Assembly (NCBI GenBank): GCA_002737625.1
Contig: NSIB01000001.1
Location: 1 to 62,175, forward strand
DNA length: 62,175 nt
Direction: 5' to 3'
Source of the DNA: Flavobacteriales bacterium
Lineage (GTDB): Bacteria > Bacteroidota > Bacteroidia > NS11-12g > UBA955
The notes below the pieces were generated by a model. It worked only from the letters and a program-made list of their open reading frames with translations. It was not told the origin of the DNA and ran no database searches. Made by a program: the position numbers and the translations under genes. Below, piece after piece: positions 54,644 to 62,175 of this stretch (within the stretch, counting starts at the first letter, position 1; the number at the start of each line of letters is the position of its first letter).

Positions 54644-55825
54644 TCAAAGTTTGGTTAATTTGGCGCGGTAATTTTCGGCAAATTGAACGCCTGAAAAAAT
54701 TGCGGCGTTGAGAGAAGGGTTTGCGATTTCTCGCCCAGCCAAAAATTGATTTTGTTGAATGGCAATATCATGCACATGGCTCGGCAAATTATAGGAATAC
54801 GGTGTATTCATAGGCAAAGCAGATTTCACCTCAAATGCGTGTAAAAATTGGGCGTTGATGGGCCGCTGCAACAAGTTCTCAACTTCTGTCAAAATTTCAT
54901 TGGTGGCCACATGGGCATCCACATTGCCGGAGAATGAGGGCTTTAATGAAACCGCCAACAAATGCTTACCCTTGGGGGCATAGTTGGGCTGAATCATTGA
55001 GGGCACCGCGATGAGATTTACGCGTCCCATTCGGCTTGCATTGAGCGCCAAGAACTTACCCAAACCGGCATCGTGTTCCAGCGAATAATACAAGGTTGTG
55101 GTTGCGCGATATGGAATTGATTCCTGGTGAAAATCCCCGACTTTAGACATGAGAAAAATCTGATTGGGATTGAGTTTTTCGGCGATTCTATTGGGGAGCG
55201 TTTGCACACCATTGGGTAAAAGCAAGGCCTCTCCTTTTGCAAGGGCCCAAAAAATAAAGTTGAACAGCGTATATGGGGTTTGAAGTGCTTCTTCGAAAAA
55301 TATTCCGGTAAAAAACGGTCGGAAAAACGACTCGATGATGGTTTCTGAAAAGCCCAAAGACAGCAAGTATTCGTGGGTTGTTTGGACGGGAGCTGGAGCT
55401 GGGAAAAAATCGCTGGGATTTTGGCCTAGCAATTTTTTTCGAAGTGAGATGATTTTAAAGACATCTTTTAGTTTAATATCGGGATGTATCAGCGCTCCGA
55501 TTCCTTTAATTCCGTGTTTTACAGGGTCTGCGATGAGGATTTTTCCCGTGGCTGTGAGCAGCCACGCGCCCGAGCCGAAGGCGAGGGCGCCCTCTAAAAA
55601 TCCCCCCTGTTTATATTCAGCCAAGGCTGGATATGCACTTTGAATGACTTGAAATCCATGATCCAATGAAAACCCTTCGAGCTGAGTGGTTTGTAATTTC
55701 CCACCCCACAATGCGCTTCTTTCATGCAGTTCATAAGGAATTCCAAACTGTTGGAGTTTGTATGCAGCAGACAACCCAGACATACCCCCACCAACAATGG
55801 TGACAGGCCTGTTCTTCGATGTCAT
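54644..55825 (-). CDS. NAD(P)/FAD-dependent oxidoreductase (amine-oxidase/phytoene-desaturase-like fold)
   Basis: N-terminal dinucleotide-binding motif VTIVGGGMSGLSAAYKL...ERSALWGGK. Starts 3 nt after the upstream gene's stop. Confidence 0.75.
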   Translation of the reverse strand: MTSKNRPVTIVGGGMSGLSAAYKLQQFGIPYELHERSALWGGKLQTTQLEGFSLDHGFQVIQSAYPALAEYKQGGFLEGALAFGSGAWLLTATGKILIADPVKHGIKGIGALIHPDIKLKDVFKIISLRKKLLGQNPSDFFPAPAPVQTTHEYLLSLGFSETIIESFFRPFFTGIFFEEALQTPYTLFNFIFWALAKGEALLLPNGVQTLPNRIAEKLNPNQIFLMSKVGDFHQESIPYRATTTLYYSLEHDAGLGKFLALNASRMGRVNLIAVPSMIQPNYAPKGKHLLAVSLKPSFSGNVDAHVATNEILTEVENLLQRPINAQFLHAFEVKSALPMNTPYSYNLPSHVHDIAIQQNQFLAGREIANPSLNAAIFSGVQFAENYRAKLTKL

Positions 55826-55828
55826 TGA

Positions 55829-56377
55829 TTAATTTCCAATGGGTTCACCTTCTGGCGCACGTCTACGTGGTCTATCCCCACCCTCACGATTGTCTACCCC
55901 TTCCGCGGGTCCCTTCTTCTTTTTCCGCATTGAGCGCGCTTTTGCAATCATTTCCTTCTTCACTTCTCGTTCAATCCGCGGCAACTGAACCGCACGCTTC
56001 ATCCCAATCACTGGCTTTAATTTGATGGTATAGGTTTCGAGCAATTGAACTTCCAATTTACGCAAAGCTACCGCATCCTTGAAATACTGTTCTGCTTCGG
56101 TTTCGGAAAATTCGGAAGGACGTTTATCTTTCCATTTGTCTCGAAACACACGTTTTGTATCGCGCAATTTCAATTGATATTCATCGTAAATAGGAAAAAA
56201 CTTCACTTTCTCCGCTTCGCTTAATGTGAGCTGTTCCACAAATAAAGTCTCACGAAACTTCCTTAGCTCCTCTACTTTGGATGCCTTAAGGCTATCCTTT
56301 TTGGCTTCATTTTGCGCAGTTGCTTTTGCGGCAAACAACATCAACAAGCAAAGGGCAATATATTTCATGTGTTTCAT
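55829..56377 (-). CDS. periplasmic Spy/CpxP-like (LTxxQ-type) helical protein
   Basis: Signal peptide MKYIALCLLMLFAAKATAQ and Lys/Glu-rich helices (LTLSEAEKVKFFPIYDEYQ) with a basic tail. A protein of this kind is common as the third gene of Bacteroidota ECF-sigma operons. The family call is tentative. Confidence 0.45.
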   Translation of the reverse strand: MKHMKYIALCLLMLFAAKATAQNEAKKDSLKASKVEELRKFRETLFVEQLTLSEAEKVKFFPIYDEYQLKLRDTKRVFRDKWKDKRPSEFSETEAEQYFKDAVALRKLEVQLLETYTIKLKPVIGMKRAVQLPRIEREVKKEMIAKARSMRKKKKGPAEGVDNREGGDRPRRRAPEGEPIGN

Positions 56378-57591
56378 AACGATTCAAAATCTAATTCTTC
56401 AAACATTTCATCTTCCATATCAAAGGTTGTTAATCCATTGTCCTCCAGATCTTGTAAAGCCCGTTTGGTACGTGGAGGCATTTCTTTGGCATCAATGATT
56501 GTATAAACATTGGGCTCTTTGTAATTTGGCATTTCACCATTAATTAGTGGCTCCACCAATTGCAATCCATCGGGAATTGTATCTTTAAACAAAACTGGCT
56601 CATCCAATGGCGATTCAATGAGTGTTGGCTCATCTTGCTGCAATTCAGTTGCCATCGCTTCTTCGGTTTTGGGTGGTTGAATGGCATTCCAAATAAAATA
56701 GGCTGCTACAATGGCCGCGAAAGACGCCGCTATACCCAACCAACCTGGTGTAGCCGATTCCTTTTGTCGTCCTGCAATGGGTGCAAAAGCGGTTGGTGGC
56801 GCTTCCAAATTTATTACTTGCTCCTCCTGCGCTAAAACCTCCTCTATAACAGGAGCCTTCGTGGCGTTAATTGGTGCGATATAAGATTCCAATTCATCCA
56901 ATCCCACTGATTCTGGGACTTCATGAATAATAATTGACTCCGTTGATTCTAAATTCTGTTCGATGATCGGCTCTACAACTGCTTCCTCCAAGGTTTCTAG
57001 CATCTCTGCTTCAACCAAAATCTCTTCCGCCGTAACTTCCTCAATTGCAAATCCCGTTACTTCAAACGTTTCCAAGGTTTCGATTTCTGCAGATTCCACT
57101 TCAATGGATTCGAGCTCCACAGATTCCACCACCATTGGTTCTGATATCGAAGTTTCTGACTCTGCAGATTCTAGTGCCATTGTTTCATCTAAAGGATTTA
57201 ACAAATCGCCATATGTTACTTTGGTAATATTTAATGACTCAACCAAACCAGATGTTTCTTCAGAAATGGCAGAAAAATTCACCCATTCAGGATTTTCATT
57301 GGTTGTAAATGTTAACGGAGCAATTTCTACTTTTCCAACGGCATCCAATTCTTTATATACACCAACCGATTTTGATGTTAATGGGTCTTGTTTTCTTGCC
57401 CGTTTTTGAATGCCCGAAGTATCTACCTTCATCACCACCGCTTCCGGCTTAATTACTTCAATATTGGGAACCGTTGCTTCAGGAGAATTTACATCAATAC
57501 CCAATCTATGCAATAAACGGGATTCCGACTCTTTAAAATAGGTATCCGGCGCGATGTAGGCGGGTCCAATTTTTTCGTTTTCTAAGTCCAT
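56374..57591 (-). CDS. single-pass membrane protein with a long acidic N-terminal region; candidate anti-sigma factor
   Basis: 405 aa with one TM (GWLGIAASFAAIVAAYFIWNAI, near residue 285). Contains acidic low-complexity stretches such as VESVELESIEVESAEIETLETFEV. Lies directly downstream of the ECF sigma and overlaps the next gene by ATGA. Confidence 0.45.
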   Translation of the reverse strand: MDLENEKIGPAYIAPDTYFKESESRLLHRLGIDVNSPEATVPNIEVIKPEAVVMKVDTSGIQKRARKQDPLTSKSVGVYKELDAVGKVEIAPLTFTTNENPEWVNFSAISEETSGLVESLNITKVTYGDLLNPLDETMALESAESETSISEPMVVESVELESIEVESAEIETLETFEVTGFAIEEVTAEEILVEAEMLETLEEAVVEPIIEQNLESTESIIIHEVPESVGLDELESYIAPINATKAPVIEEVLAQEEQVINLEAPPTAFAPIAGRQKESATPGWLGIAASFAAIVAAYFIWNAIQPPKTEEAMATELQQDEPTLIESPLDEPVLFKDTIPDGLQLVEPLINGEMPNYKEPNVYTIIDAKEMPPRTKRALQDLEDNGLTTFDMEDEMFEELDFESL

Positions 57592-57636
57592 AATTTCGTT
57601 TGTGCTGTTGATTAGATGTATAAAATCCGATTTGGT

Positions 57637-58230
57637 TTAACGCAATACGCTTAAATAAATTTCCAATTTTTTCACCGCATGGTGATATGAAGCTTTCAAT
57701 GCCCCCTCCGATGTAGATGTCAAAACTGAGATTTCTTCGTATGTTAAGTCTTCGAAGTACCTCAATGTAAAAACCAATTTCTGTTTGAATGGCAAATAAC
57801 ACAAGGCCTTTTGTAACTTTAAAGCAATTTCATCGCCAGACAAATACAAATCTTCACTCATCATGTCCGCCATCTCCGGCTGCGCTTCATCAAAATCAAT
57901 GGTGGGTTTTCTTTTCCGAATCAAATTAATGGATTCATTGGTAGCTATGCGATATACCCATGTTCGTAAACGACTTTCCCCCTTAAATTGATGGAGATTT
58001 TGCCATACTTTTATAAAGGTATTCTGGGCAGCATCATCGGCATCATCATGACTTAACAATAAATTTCTACAGTGATAGTAGATTTGCTGTTGGTACCGAC
58101 TTAGAATTTCAATAAATAAAAGGGCAGACACACCCGCACTTACCAATTCTACCGAAAGTTCGTCTTCTGATAAATTCTGTAAACGTTTGGGCTCACTCAT
58201 ATTTTTTGCAATTGCTGTATCTACACTCAT
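57637..58230 (-). CDS. RNA polymerase ECF-type sigma-70 family factor
   Basis: Region 2 (DDADDAAQNTFIKVWQNLHQFKGESRLRTWVYRIATNESINLIRK) and region 4 (LPFKQKLVFTLRYFEDLTYEEISVLTSTSEGALKASYHHAVKKL). Start trimmed to ATG 58230; ATG 58200 is equally possible. Confidence 0.88.
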   Translation of the reverse strand: MSVDTAIAKNMSEPKRLQNLSEDELSVELVSAGVSALLFIEILSRYQQQIYYHCRNLLLSHDDADDAAQNTFIKVWQNLHQFKGESRLRTWVYRIATNESINLIRKRKPTIDFDEAQPEMADMMSEDLYLSGDEIALKLQKALCYLPFKQKLVFTLRYFEDLTYEEISVLTSTSEGALKASYHHAVKKLEIYLSVLR

Positions 58231-58381
58231 TGATGATTTCTTAAAATTATCCCACAATGATTTCCAATGTGCGAAGTAGATAAAATTCAATGACAAGACA
58301 TAGACATTTATCAAAAAGTTTAACACAAGTTATTCCACTTTGGTAAAATTCCGATTTGGTAGGAAAATTTGAAGAAATTCA

Positions 58382-58411
58382 TTGTAACAAAAGAAAAAAA
58401 TCGTACTTTTG
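58382..58411 (+). promoter_or_regulatory. Bacteroidota-type promoter candidate for rplS (-33 TTG, 19-nt spacer, -7 TACTTTTG)
   Basis: caTTGtaacaaaagaaaaaaatcgTACTTTTG, ending 23 nt before ATG 58435. It lies inside the over-long track ORF 58369..58785. Confidence 0.45.
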
Positions 58412-58434
58412 CAGCCCATTTAGGATTAAAACCC

Positions 58435-58785
58435 ATGAATTCAATCGTCAATAGTATCGCATCTGAATATTTGAGAACAGACTTACCCGCTTTCAAGGCT
58501 GGTGATCGTATTACTGTTTACTATAAAATCAAAGAAGGCGCCAAAGAGCGTATTCAGTTGTTCCAAGGTGATGTTCTCCAACGTCGCAATGCAGGAATTG
58601 ATGAAACCTTTACTGTCCGCAAAATATCTAACGGCATTGGTGTAGAACGTATCTTTCCAACGCATTCCCCTTTCATCGACAAAATCGAGGTAAACAGAAA
58701 AGGCCGTGTACGTCGTGCACGTATTTTCTATCTGCGCACCCAAATCGGAAAAGCGGCTCGTATCAAAGAGCTTCGCACTCGATAA
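58435..58785 (+). CDS. rplS: 50S ribosomal protein L19
   Basis: [48 protein letters not shown]... matches the canonical L19 pattern. Start trimmed to ATG 58435. Confidence 0.95.
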   Translation: MNSIVNSIASEYLRTDLPAFKAGDRITVYYKIKEGAKERIQLFQGDVLQRRNAGIDETFTVRKISNGIGVERIFPTHSPFIDKIEVNRKGRVRRARIFYLRTQIGKAARIKELRTR

Positions 58786-58805
58786 GATTATATTTTCTTG
58801 TTTTC

Positions 58806-58833
58806 AAAAAAGCCCAACTTGTTGGGCTTTTTT
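58806..58833 (+). terminator. intrinsic terminator after rplS
   Basis: AAAAAAGCCCAacttgtTGGGCTTTTTT. Confidence 0.8.
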
Positions 58834-58863
58834 GATTTCCCTACTCCAACTATTGAATTACAA

Positions 58864-59517
58864 TCACTCATCAAATCGAATCAACGCAGTGATTCCCAAA
58901 CCATTGTGATACACCCCGGTTGGATAAAACGGATTATTTATCATCGTATGAGACAATGTCGTTATTGCACTATAATCCCAACTCAATCGTAAATCCATTT
59001 TTTTGGAAACTCGAGAACCCACAGCAAATTGCACAATGAGACCATTTTTTGCAAAATCATTCGCAATTCCCGGATTATATCCTTCACTCTCAACAATTTT
59101 CAACAATCGCGTAAATCTCACCCCCCCCAATAAATCAAGATTACCGAATCTTCCAACACTCACATTTCTAACAACAGCCACCTGCAACTCCAGTTGTTGT
59201 GCCTTGATGTGAAAAGCATTCACCATCGTTTCTGGGTTAAATGCGCGCCTACTTCCCCGCTCCACCAAACAAAATTGCATTTCAATTGCATCCAATTTTT
59301 GTCGTTCCGCCATTCTATAACCCGTCGCCATACCCACCTGATAACCAAATTTATTGTATCCACTCGCTTGATCCCCATCAATTTGAGAAGCCAATACACC
59401 TATCATAGGTCGGCCATAAAAGCTGTGATATTTTTGAATCGTAACCTGCCCGTGCAATGAGATTGCACCAAAAAACAATAAAGTACCTATCAATCGAATC
59501 CCTGCTTTGCTTATCAT
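58864..59517 (-). CDS. small outer-membrane beta-barrel protein (porin-family; a PorT/SprT-like identity is possible but unproven)
   Basis: 217 aa. Signal peptide IRLIGTLLFFGAISLHGQ and alternating beta-strand pattern. The block GVLASQIDGDQASGYNKFGYQVG resembles what I recall from PorT-type barrels, but I cannot verify this. Confidence 0.4.
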   Translation of the reverse strand: MISKAGIRLIGTLLFFGAISLHGQVTIQKYHSFYGRPMIGVLASQIDGDQASGYNKFGYQVGMATGYRMAERQKLDAIEMQFCLVERGSRRAFNPETMVNAFHIKAQQLELQVAVVRNVSVGRFGNLDLLGGVRFTRLLKIVESEGYNPGIANDFAKNGLIVQFAVGSRVSKKMDLRLSWDYSAITTLSHTMINNPFYPTGVYHNGLGITALIRFDE

Positions 59518-59550
59518 GTTGTAATTTGCAGCAATTTATTGTAAAAGCAC

Positions 59551-60573
59551 GTGGGTAACAAGCCAAAACACATATTGATCGTAGGATCCGGCTTGGCTGG
59601 AAGCACATTGGCATTGGAATTAATCCGTCGCAGAAATAAAGTACAAGTGATTGATAACTTAGCACCCAACAGCAGTTCACGCGTGGCTGCCGGAATTATC
59701 AATCCTGTAGTACCGAGAGGTGTTAAAAGAACTTGGCAATACCAAGAAATTTTCCCTATTGTTTTCGATTACTATCGGAAATTGGAATCCCAATTGCAAT
59801 CCGAATTTATATATGAATTTCCCATGTTACAAATTCATACCAACGAGAATGAAAGAAATGAATGGCGGAAGCGCGGCGAGGTTCCTGAAATGGTGGAACT
59901 ACTGAATCCTGATGGGGACGATACAATTGTGAATCATTGTGGGCGTTTGGACGTTTTGAAATTCTTAAATGCCACTCAAACAGCACTCGAGAAAAACAAT
60001 CAATTCATATCCGAACAATTTGCATATACCGATTTGATTTTTCAAGACAAAGGCATGGTTGAATATCACGGAAAGCAATTTAACGAAGTTGTTTTTTGCG
60101 AAGGCATCGGAATTAATCAAAATCCCTGGTTTAATCATCTATTTTTCGACCCTACCGGTGGTGATATACTAACCGTTAGAATACCAGATTTATCGAATAA
60201 AAAAATTATCAAACAAAAACAATGGATTGTGCCTACCAAAGAAAAAGACGTCTTTTTACTGGGGAGCACTTTTCACAAACAATCCACTTCAGAGGTGACG
60301 AATCCCTCAGATGCCGAATTTTTACTTGAAAGAGCCAGATTAATCACCGGAAAAGAAATCACCTTGATAAAACATCAACGATCCATTAGACCTACGGTAC
60401 AACACAGAAGACCGTATTTAGGCCGGCATCACATCTTTAAAAATTTATGCGTCTATAATGGGCTTGGCTCAAAAGGCAGTGCACTCTGCAGCTGGCTGTC
60501 TCCAATGATGGCTGATTTTATCACTTACAATACTCCAATGAATGATGATGTAGATATTTCACTGGGTCATTGA
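59551..60573 (+). CDS. FAD-dependent oxidoreductase (DAO family)
   Basis: GTG start. The Rossmann motif ILIVGSGLAGSTLALEL is followed by an acidic residue at the end of beta-2 (VQVID). Confidence 0.7.
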   Translation: MGNKPKHILIVGSGLAGSTLALELIRRRNKVQVIDNLAPNSSSRVAAGIINPVVPRGVKRTWQYQEIFPIVFDYYRKLESQLQSEFIYEFPMLQIHTNENERNEWRKRGEVPEMVELLNPDGDDTIVNHCGRLDVLKFLNATQTALEKNNQFISEQFAYTDLIFQDKGMVEYHGKQFNEVVFCEGIGINQNPWFNHLFFDPTGGDILTVRIPDLSNKKIIKQKQWIVPTKEKDVFLLGSTFHKQSTSEVTNPSDAEFLLERARLITGKEITLIKHQRSIRPTVQHRRPYLGRHHIFKNLCVYNGLGSKGSALCSWLSPMMADFITYNTPMNDDVDISLGH

Positions 60574-60645
60574 GGAAAATGTGAGGATCTCAATACCCAT
60601 AATGCCCAAAAAAAATTGGAAGAATCTAAACCTGGAATTACTCGT

Positions 60646-61599
60646 TTAGTTTTTCTCAATAAACTCTATGAAACTTGAAGGATCACCAAATACCCTACAA
60701 TTTTCAGGTATTTTCAAATCCCTACGTTTCACTATTTGAGAACCCGTGATTAATATCTGTGTATTAGGCCAACTTCTCGATAGGGTATTCAAATACACTT
60801 GAACTGGAATGGCAGAATTGGCATTGGTCAAAGCGCAAAAGAGAAAATCTGGATTGAAAAGTTTGAAAATTTTATTTAAATCATCCAGCGGTACGGACGT
60901 ACCCAAATAAATTACTTTTTTACCATTTGATCGCAACAAGTAGGAGGCAAAGAGTAAACTCAATTCATGGTTTTCACCATTGGGCAAAAACAACAAATAT
61001 TTTTTTGCATCAACATTGGGGGTAACATTAAGTTGGTCAATTACTACAAACATTCGTTGTTTGATTAAATTGGTAATAAAATGTTCATGAGCAACATGAA
61101 TGCTACCACTTAACCACAAGACACCCAGATGTTGTAAAAAAGGGAAAATAATATTAGTTGTGGTTTGCTCTATTCCCAATTGTAAAATATTAATTGACAA
61201 TGTTTTATTAAATTCTCTTTCGTCAAAGTCAAACATCGCTGCTGTTAACATTGCTATTTGTGATTGATGGCCCGAGTTGTTTTCAGAAATGCTCAAGGTT
61301 TTTCGTTGAACCTCGTCCTTGTCCATCTGAGCAATCCGACTAATTTTAATACCATTGGCGTTAAGAATTGCTATATTCATCATGTATTTGAGGTCGGCTT
61401 CCTCATAATACCGAATATTGGTTTCCGTCCGTTTTGGTACCAACACACCATATCGCTGCTCCCAAATTCTCAGAGTGTAGGCCTTTATCCCCGTAATATT
61501 CTCGATATCTTTGATAAAATACTTATCCCGATAATCTTTTTTTGACTTTTTCGAATAACGTTTGTTATCTACCAATATATTTTCTACCGAATTCGACAT
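60646..61599 (-). CDS. MerR-family transcriptional regulator with a CarH/LitR-like cobalamin-binding domain
   Basis: MerR HTH (YFIKDIENITGIKAYTLRIWEQRYGVLVPKRTETNIRYY). Wx9EH motif (WLSGSIHVAHEH). B12 lower-ligand motif GENHELSLLFASYLLRSNGKKVIYLG (compare CarH GERHEIGAMLAAY...LYLG). Start trimmed to ATG 61599, because the track ORF extends 198 nt into the divergent gene. Confidence 0.8.
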   Translation of the reverse strand: MSNSVENILVDNKRYSKKSKKDYRDKYFIKDIENITGIKAYTLRIWEQRYGVLVPKRTETNIRYYEEADLKYMMNIAILNANGIKISRIAQMDKDEVQRKTLSISENNSGHQSQIAMLTAAMFDFDEREFNKTLSINILQLGIEQTTTNIIFPFLQHLGVLWLSGSIHVAHEHFITNLIKQRMFVVIDQLNVTPNVDAKKYLLFLPNGENHELSLLFASYLLRSNGKKVIYLGTSVPLDDLNKIFKLFNPDFLFCALTNANSAIPVQVYLNTLSRSWPNTQILITGSQIVKRRDLKIPENCRVFGDPSSFIEFIEKN

Positions 61600-61603
61600 A
61601 ATT

Positions 61604-62175
61604 ATGAAAATTATAATCACAGGTGCTTCAGGACTCATCGGAAAACAACTCTGCAAACAATTGAAACAGAATGGTTTTGACGTAGAATTCTTGAAACGAC
61701 TTTTTAATAACAATGCAGTGGACGAAAAGGATTGGTCATCGAGGAAAAATATTTTCTGGTCGAATCCTGAGATACTAGAAAAAGCACACGCAGTCATTCA
61801 TTTGGCAGGGGCAAACGTGGGCAGCCCATGGACCAAAAAATACAAAAACGAAATTCTGAACAGTAGGAAATTGGGGACCGAAGCGCTAATGAAGGCCTGT
61901 GCGGATTGCCAAACACCACCCAAGCATATTATTTCAGCCAGTGGTATTGGCATTTACCCTGAAAACACCCATCAATTATTAAATGAAACCAGTGAATCTG
62001 GACAAGGGTTTTTAGCGGAGGTTTGTAAAACTTGGGAACAAGGAATATTTGAGCATAAAATTCCGGGTGCAGTTGCGAGTTGCCTCCGGACAGGCATTGT
62101 CATTTCAAACAATAGTAAAGTATTCAGCGTATCACAACTTCAATTTCAAATATTCGGAATGGTTGGCAGTGTGGG
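61604..62175 (+). CDS. TIGR01777/YfcH-like NAD-dependent epimerase family protein (N-terminal part; runs off the right edge)
   Basis: Absent from the ORF track because there is no stop in the window. Manual translation gives MKIIITGASGLIGKQLCKQLKQNGFDVEFL...AVIHLAGANVGSPWTKKYKNEILNSRKLGTEAL...ISASGIGIYP. The GxxGxxG motif plus HLAGxxV..RWT-like block is typical of this family. Confidence 0.7.
   Translation, partial: MKIIITGASGLIGKQLCKQLKQNGFDVEFLKRLFNNNAVDEKDWSSRKNIFWSNPEILEKAHAVIHLAGANVGSPWTKKYKNEILNSRKLGTEALMKACADCQTPPKHIISASGIGIYPENTHQLLNETSESGQGFLAEVCKTWEQGIFEHKIPGAVASCLRTGIVISNNSKVFSVSQLQFQIFGMVGSV

Noticed and set aside
56963-57409. 148-aa Ser-rich plus-strand ORF
   Set aside because: It is the mirror image of the Glu-rich (GAA/GAG) coding strand. 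The sense frame fits the operon context.
61600-61797. N-terminal 66 codons of track ORF 60646..61797
   Set aside because: They overlap the well-supported start (GxxGxxG) of the divergent TIGR01777-like gene. The MerR HTH begins shortly after ATG 61599.
1-62175. Search for CRISPR arrays, transposases or integrases, phage modules, toxin-antitoxin pairs or known defence-system architectures
   Set aside because: I saw no short direct-repeat/spacer arrays and no recombinase, transposase or reverse-transcriptase-like ORFs. I saw no strongly compositionally deviant island. Every long ORF has a housekeeping or envelope-related reading. This was done by eye only, so short degenerate repeats could be missed.

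Overview
This 62.2-kb window is a densely coded chromosomal segment. I count about 53 CDS, 2 tRNAs and an RNase P RNA, with almost no unexplained intergenic space. It reads as Bacteroidota, probably Flavobacteriia- or Cytophagia-like. The evidence is type IX secretion/gliding genes (porU, porV, a PorP/SprF-family gene, gldJ), a SusC/SusD pair, a T9SS-sorted cargo protein, ExbB-ExbD-ExbD-TonB, BshC, the rpmB-rpmG-DUF4295-ftsY arrangement, and TAnnTTTG-type promoter boxes close to start codons. Most genes are housekeeping: accB/accC plus a carboxyltransferase, gatB, mutS, miaA, rimO, ftsY, rpmB, rpmG and rplS. I found no CRISPR array, transposase or integrase, phage module, toxin-antitoxin pair or recognisable defence system. 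The window looks mainly core, and I cannot claim a clear-cut new system. The best candidates for undescribed biology, all from reading motifs by eye with no searches run, are:
1. A translationally coupled lipoprotein pair at 30476-32508. One partner is a thioredoxin-fold protein with a CxxA site. The other fuses a CxxCH haem-c domain to a PHM/DBH-like dicopper monooxygenase with all copper ligands apparently present.
2. A CarH/LitR-like AdoB12 photoreceptor regulator placed head-to-head, 4 nt apart, with a TIGR01777-type gene.
3. An ECF-sigma operon carrying an unusually long, highly acidic single-pass protein, a CpxP/Spy-like protein and an FAD oxidoreductase.
4. All-GC perfect hairpins embedded in two coding regions of an otherwise AT-leaning genome.
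5. An SGNH-LysM protein whose predicted nucleophile position reads GDE rather than GDS.
The supplied ORF track uses alternative start codons and omits edge-truncated and under-60-aa genes. I added those I could support: the two edge genes, DUF4295, rnpB and the tRNAs. I also trimmed several 5' extensions.
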